37,211 nt of DNA from an uncultured bacterium (GTDB lineage Bacteria > Eisenbacteria > RBG-16-71-46), in assembly GCA_902826705.1 (NCBI GenBank), contig CADEFY010000002.1, forward strand, positions 1 to 37,211, given 5' to 3'. The position numbers and the translations under genes are program-made. How positions within the stretch are numbered: the stretch's first letter is position 1; each line of letters begins with the position of its first letter. The notes under the pieces are model-generated. The model saw only the letters and a list, made by a program, of their open reading frames with translations. It was not told where the DNA came from and made no database searches. Shown one piece after another: positions 33,105 through 37,211 of the stretch.

Positions 33105-34262
33105 ATGGCCAGATTGCGCCGCATGCGGATGCCCCTGCGACTGGTCCTCGGCGCGCTCATGAGCCTCGCGCTCGGCGCCTGCTCGGCGCTCGTTCCCAAC
33201 TCCGCCGACGAACTGCTCGGCCGCTGGGAGGGCACGCTGCTCTTCCGCAGTGCGCTGACGCCGATCGAACTGGAGGTGCGCCGTGGGTCCGACTCCGCGC
33301 TCGTGGCGGTGTTGCATGCGCGCGAGCTGCTGATCCAGGACCAGCCGGTCGACTCGCTCGCCTGGGATGCCCCGCGGGTGCACTTCGCCTGCACGCTCGG
33401 CGAGGCCCGGCTGCCCTTCGCGGGGTTCGCACGGGCCGGGCGGATCGTGGGCCGGTTCACCTCGCCCGATCTGCCCACGACCGATCGCGCGGGCGAGGAG
33501 GCCAAGCTGTCGCTGCGTCGAACGCAGGTGCAGGCGCCGCCTGTCGCGACGCAGCGCGTGCGCATCGAGGCGCCGGGCGCCGCGTTCGACGCCACGCTGC
33601 GACTGCCGCTCGACTCGCTCGCGCATCCGGGACTGGTGTTCGCACCGAGCGTCCTGGCGGGGACCGATCACAGCACGCCCGCACTCGCCGACACGTTCGC
33701 CCGCAGCGGCTGGGCGACGCTCACATGGGATGCGACGCAGGCGCCGGGCGACGACGCGTCACGTGTCGCGGCGTCGGCCGCCGCCGTGCGATGGCTGGCC
33801 GCGCAACCCGGCGTGGCCGGGCCGATCGGGCTCTGGGAGTCCTGCGAGCGCGGCACGCGAGTGCCGCAGGTGGCCTCCCGCGCGCCGCTCGCCTTCGCGA
33901 TCGCACGCTCCCCGCGGCTGGCGACAAGCGAGGACTCCGCGGCCTGGGCTGGTGTGCGCGTGCCCGCGCTGCTCGTGTTCGGCGACCGCGATGCCCACGC
34001 GACGCTCGAGACGGACATCCGCACCATCATGCGGGCGGCGGGCGAGGGCGGCGTCAACGCCACGCTGCGCGTGTTCCCGGGGGCCGATGCGAGCCTGCGC
34101 CTGCGGTCGCACGGCGAGCAGCCCTTCGACTGGCCGCGCGCCGCACCCGGCGCGGTGGACACGCTGCTCGCGTGGAGCGCACGCCTGGCGCGTCTCGCGC
34201 CGCGCCCCGCGCGTCCCGACACCGGGATCCCCAGGCTCGAGCTGCGCCCGGGCTGGCGTTAG
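33105..34262 (+). CDS. lipoprotein with alpha/beta-hydrolase-like (dienelactone hydrolase-like) C-terminal domain
   Basis: ATG 33105 with GAGGG 4 nt upstream, inside track ORF 33087..34262. Lipobox LALGAC. PALLVFGDRDAHA and RVFPGADASL resemble alpha/beta-hydrolase strand and loop motifs. The nucleophile elbow reads IGLWESCERG. Confidence 0.5.
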   Translation: MARLRRMRMPLRLVLGALMSLALGACSALVPNSADELLGRWEGTLLFRSALTPIELEVRRGSDSALVAVLHARELLIQDQPVDSLAWDAPRVHFACTLGEARLPFAGFARAGRIVGRFTSPDLPTTDRAGEEAKLSLRRTQVQAPPVATQRVRIEAPGAAFDATLRLPLDSLAHPGLVFAPSVLAGTDHSTPALADTFARSGWATLTWDATQAPGDDASRVAASAAAVRWLAAQPGVAGPIGLWESCERGTRVPQVASRAPLAFAIARSPRLATSEDSAAWAGVRVPALLVFGDRDAHATLETDIRTIMRAAGEGGVNATLRVFPGADASLRLRSHGEQPFDWPRAAPGAVDTLLAWSARLARLAPRPARPDTGIPRLELRPGWR

Positions 34263-34681
34263 TCCCGCACGTCGCGCCCGGCGGCCACGATCGCGAACAG
34301 CACCGCCGCAGGCGCCATCAAGAACACGGGCGGCGGCGTGCGGTACGCCAGCGAGATCGCGGCCTGCCCGGCGGCCGCGATCGCGGCGACGAGCGCGAAT
34401 GCGCGCAGCACGCGCGCCTCGGCGCCGGCGCGCTTCACCGCGAACAGCGCGAGCCCGAAGCAGAGCGACATGAGCCCGTACATGGCGCCCCAGTCCATCA
34501 GGATGTTCCAGTAGGTCATGCTCGAGCTGCCCGCCGGGGTGGCGCGCATCATGGCCACGAGCGCCCGCTCCCCGAGCCCCAGCTCCGAGGGCGCGAACTG
34601 GCCGACGGCGTGGGCGATGCCGGTCAGCACGAAGAGCGTGGCGCCGGCGACGAAGAGTCGCGAGTGCATGCGAGTCAGCAT
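34259..34681 (-). CDS. hypothetical small integral membrane protein (about 4 TM)
   Basis: ATG with AGGAG 5 nt upstream. Four hydrophobic segments. Its stop overlaps the convergent lipoprotein stop (TTAG at 34259-34262). I recognise no family. Confidence 0.65.
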   Translation of the reverse strand: MLTRMHSRLFVAGATLFVLTGIAHAVGQFAPSELGLGERALVAMMRATPAGSSSMTYWNILMDWGAMYGLMSLCFGLALFAVKRAGAEARVLRAFALVAAIAAAGQAAISLAYRTPPPVFLMAPAAVLFAIVAAGRDVRD

Positions 34682-34726
34682 GTGGGCTCCTGGAAGAGGG
34701 GTCCGGTCGAGGGGCGGCCCGCAGAC

Positions 34727-34853
34727 GCTAGCCCGGACTACTCATGAACCGCCAGCCGAGAACGACAGATGCGCCTTGTGGCCGAGTCGCAGCTGGCGGT
34801 CGTAGGGGCACCCACCGAAGGTGGGTCCGGGCGCATGAGTCGTCCGGGCTGGC
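34727..34853. other. highly structured intergenic element (candidate cis-regulatory RNA or small palindromic element); strand undetermined
   Basis: Outer helix 34727-34746 with 34834-34853: 20 positions with 1 mismatch and 1 G-U on the plus strand. Inner perfect 9-bp helix 34748-34756 with 34792-34800. A 7-bp hairpin at 34810-34826. Together they make a three-way-junction layout. Confidence 0.45.
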
Positions 34854-34943
34854 ACTGACCCCGACAGGGGCAGAAGCCCCTCTGGAACCCACTCGTCCCA
34901 GGCCGAGTCGCACGCGCGGGGAATCCGGTAGGCTGCACGACCC

Positions 34944-35768
34944 ATGACCTCGCATCCCTCCGCGCCCTTCGCCCGCGCGCTGCTCTCGCAGCGCGGACTC
35001 ATCGGCATGATCCACGTGGGTGCGCTGCCCGGCACGCCCGCGGCGCGCGAGCCGCTGGCGGCGATCGTCGCGCGCGCGTGCGATGAGGCGCGTGTCTACC
35101 GCGACGCCGGGTTCACCGCGCTCGCGATCGAGAACATGCACGACCGGCCGTACCTGAAGGGTGCGGTCGGTCCCGAGATCGTGGCTGCCATGACGGCCGT
35201 GGGCCTCGCCGTGCGCGCCTCCGTCGACCTGCCGCTCGGGGTGCAGGTGCTGGCCGCGGCCAACCGCGAGGCGCTCGCCGTGGCGCTGGCGTGCGGCGCG
35301 GCGTTCGTGCGCGTGGAGGGGTTCGTCTTCGGGCACGTCGCGGACGAGGGCTGGATCGAGGCGTCGGCGGGCGAGCTGCTGCGCGTGCGCCGCGCGATCG
35401 GCGCCGAGCACGTGGCGGTGTTCGCCGACATCAAGAAGAAGCACAGCGCGCATGCCGCGACCGCGGACGTGTCGCTGGCCGAGACCGCGCGCGCGGCCGA
35501 GTTCTCGCTGGCCGACGGCGTGATCGTGACCGGCGTGGCCACGGGTGCCGCGACGTCGCCCGCAGACGTGGCCGAGGCGTGCGGCGCGACGGCGCTGCCG
35601 GTGCTCGTGGGCTCCGGGGTCACGGCGCAGGGCCTTCCGCACCTCGCCTCCGCGCACGGCTTCATCGTGGGCTCATCGGTCAAGCGCGGCGGCGAGTGGC
35701 ACGCACCGATCGATCCGGCGGCCTGCGCCGCCGTCAGCCGCGCGTTCGCGGCGCTGCCGCCCCGCTGA
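34944..35768 (+). CDS. BtpA/SgcQ-family TIM-barrel protein
   Basis: LIGMIHVGALPGTP, ALAIENMHDRPY, GVQVLAAAN and FVRVEGFVF are typical of PF03437. There is no strong SD upstream. Confidence 0.8.
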   Translation: MTSHPSAPFARALLSQRGLIGMIHVGALPGTPAAREPLAAIVARACDEARVYRDAGFTALAIENMHDRPYLKGAVGPEIVAAMTAVGLAVRASVDLPLGVQVLAAANREALAVALACGAAFVRVEGFVFGHVADEGWIEASAGELLRVRRAIGAEHVAVFADIKKKHSAHAATADVSLAETARAAEFSLADGVIVTGVATGAATSPADVAEACGATALPVLVGSGVTAQGLPHLASAHGFIVGSSVKRGGEWHAPIDPAACAAVSRAFAALPPR

Positions 35769-35778
35769 GGCACGCCCC

Positions 35779-36690
35779 ATGCCCCCCGACCTCGTGATCG
35801 CGGGCAACCTGCTCGTGGACGACGTCGTGTTCGCCGACGGGCGCACGCGCATGGGACAGGCGGGGGGCGCGGTGCTCTACGGCGCGCTCGCGGCATCGCT
35901 CTGGGGCACACGTGTCGGCGCGCTGAGCGTGGCGGGCAGCGACTACCCGGCCACGGCGCTCGATGCGCTGCGCGGGCGCGGCGTCGACCTGGCCGGCGTG
36001 CGAGCGCTGAGCCGGCCGGGCGTGCGCACGTGGCTCCTCTACGAGTCGCGGCTGCGGCGCGTGGTGCACCACCTGGGTGTGCCCTCGCACGACGAGGTCT
36101 CGCCGGCGCCAGACGATCTGCCGGCCGCGTGGCGCACCGCGCGGGCGTTCCACCTGGCGCCGATGCCGCTGCACCGGCAGCGCGCGCTCCTCCAGCGCAT
36201 GCGCCAACAGGATGCCGCGTTCATCGCGGTCGATCCGCACGAGCCCATCACGCCCGACTCGCTCGCGGAGTGGCGCGAGCTGCTCTCGCAGGCCGACGCC
36301 TGTCTCGTGAGTGAGGACGAACTGCGGCTGCCCGAAGCCGTGCATGATCCGCAGGCGGCGCTCGCCTCGCTCGCGAGCGGTCGGTTGCGGTTCGTGGCCT
36401 ACAAGCGCGGGGCAGCCGGCGGGCTGCTGTACGATGCGCGCGAGCAGCGCGTCCACACGTGGCCCGCGCGAGCCGGCCAGGTGGCCGATCCGACCGGTGC
36501 GGGCGATGCGTTCGCCATGGGCTTCATCACCGCGCACCTCGAGGGGCTTGCAGTGGCTGCGGCGCTCGAACGCGCGGTGGTCACGGCGAGCTTCGCGATC
36601 GAGGCCTGGGGCAGCGACGGGTTGCTCACCGCCACGCGCGCGGCCGCGGAAGCCCGCCTGCACGACTGGTCCGAGAGAGAGGCGACCTGA
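35779..36690 (+). CDS. PfkB-family carbohydrate/nucleoside kinase (possible pseudouridine kinase)
   Basis: ATG 35779 inside track ORF 35545..36690. N-terminal LVIAGNLLVDDV and the C-terminal signature VADPTGAGDAFAMGF. It is directly coupled to psuG. Confidence 0.8.
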   Translation: MPPDLVIAGNLLVDDVVFADGRTRMGQAGGAVLYGALAASLWGTRVGALSVAGSDYPATALDALRGRGVDLAGVRALSRPGVRTWLLYESRLRRVVHHLGVPSHDEVSPAPDDLPAAWRTARAFHLAPMPLHRQRALLQRMRQQDAAFIAVDPHEPITPDSLAEWRELLSQADACLVSEDELRLPEAVHDPQAALASLASGRLRFVAYKRGAAGGLLYDAREQRVHTWPARAGQVADPTGAGDAFAMGFITAHLEGLAVAAALERAVVTASFAIEAWGSDGLLTATRAAAEARLHDWSEREAT

Positions 36691-37211
36691 TGAACGACGC
36701 ACTGCTGATCGCCGACGACGTGGCGCGTGCCCTGCAGTCGCAGCGCCCCGTGGTGGCGCTCGAGACCACCGTCGTCACCCACGGGCTGCCGCATCCGCAG
36801 GGGCTCGAGTGCGCGAGCATGCTCGAGTCCGAGGTGCGCCTGCATGGCGCCACGCCCGCCACGATCGGCATCCTCGCGGGCCGCGTCCGCGTGGGGCTCA
36901 CGCCCGGCGAGCTGGCGCAGCTCGCTGCCAGCGAGGGCGTGACCAAGCTCAACCTGTCCAACCTCGCTGCCGTGCTCGCGCAGGGCACCGCCGGCTCCAC
37001 GACCGTGGCCGCCACCATGTGGGCCGCGGCGCGCGCGGGCATCGCGGTGTTCGCCACGGGCGGCATCGGCGGCGTGCATCGAGGCGCGAACGAGACGGGT
37101 GACGTGAGCGCCGACCTCACCGCACTCGCACGCTACCCGGTGGCGGTGGTGTGCGCTGGCGCTAAGGCCATCCTCGACCTGCCGCGCACGGTGGAGATGC
37201 TGGAGACGCTC
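36690..37211 (+). CDS. psuG: pseudouridine-5'-phosphate glycosidase (N-terminal part; continues past the window end)
   Basis: Not in the track because it has no stop in the window. ATG 36690 shares one nt with the kinase stop (TGATG). MNDALLIADDVARALQSQRPVVALETTVVTHGLPHPQGL...GSTTVAATMWAAARAGIAVFATGGIGGVHRG matches the IndA/PsuG family. Confidence 0.85.
   Translation, partial: MNDALLIADDVARALQSQRPVVALETTVVTHGLPHPQGLECASMLESEVRLHGATPATIGILAGRVRVGLTPGELAQLAASEGVTKLNLSNLAAVLAQGTAGSTTVAATMWAAARAGIAVFATGGIGGVHRGANETGDVSADLTALARYPVAVVCAGAKAILDLPRTVEMLETL

Noticed and set aside
34682-34943. Resemblance of spacer segments to the ZTP (pfl) riboswitch (GGGTCGTG..., CGGCCTGGGA on the minus strand; CTGGCGG plus a GGTGGG hairpin on the plus strand) and to the guanidine-III riboswitch (CCGGACGA...CCCGG)
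   Set aside because: Only short fragments match. The motif order and the conserved 3' elements (CCGCCUGGGC for ZTP; AGGACAAG for guanidine-III) are missing. The flanking genes are not purine/folate genes or SMR efflux genes. I kept it as an unclassified structured element instead.
1-37211. Search for CRISPR arrays, tRNA, rRNA, tmRNA, RNase P RNA or SRP RNA signatures
   Set aside because: I saw no regularly spaced direct repeats, no GGTTCGA-type T-loop contexts and none of the conserved cores (GAGGAAAGTCC for RNase P, GGAAGCAGCC for SRP). A by-eye scan can miss divergent RNAs, so this is absence of evidence only.

Overview
High-GC (about 70% by eye) bacterial chromosomal window. I call 35 protein-coding genes and find no rRNA, tRNA or CRISPR array. 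Taxonomy cannot be assigned from sequence alone; the delta-60 repeat protein with a FlgD/T9SS-like C-terminal domain hints at an FCB- or Gemmatimonadota-like lineage.

Layout by region:
- 1-7.2 kb, regulatory genes: a partial esterase, a GAF histidine kinase, an ECF sigma factor with a FecR-type anti-sigma factor, and a translationally coupled pair of a HEAT-repeat protein and a degenerate HD-GYP-like protein.
- 7.4-18.1 kb, the classical origin-proximal housekeeping block rpmH-rnpA-yidD-yidC-jag-mnmE-mnmG-rsmG-parA-parB. It has two parS-like palindromes, one intergenic and one inside parB. dnaA is not next to rpmH.
- 18.2-21.7 kb: a bactofilin coupled to a secreted tandem retropepsin-like/PDZ protease, an EamA transporter, and ribA.
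- 21.7-23.6 kb, the most unusual part: lexA with a palindromic candidate operator over its -10. It is followed on the same strand by a host-adapted IS200/Y1-transposase-like gene that appears to lack the catalytic tyrosine and is bracketed by two 13-bp hairpins about 705 bp apart. On the other side of lexA lies a 620-bp gene-free gap.
- 23.6-37.2 kb: an orphan lipoprotein, a tightly overlapped UbiA/UbiX/UbiD quinone module, a PIG-L deacetylase plus PLP decarboxylase operon, a delta-60 repeat beta-propeller protein, a PqqB-like MBL hydrolase, an alpha/beta-hydrolase-like lipoprotein and a small membrane protein. A 262-bp intergenic region there carries a strongly structured about 127-nt element (possible cis-regulatory RNA). 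The window ends with a BtpA-PfkB kinase-PsuG cluster.

Limits: all family assignments come from motif recognition by eye. No database search or RNA folding was run.
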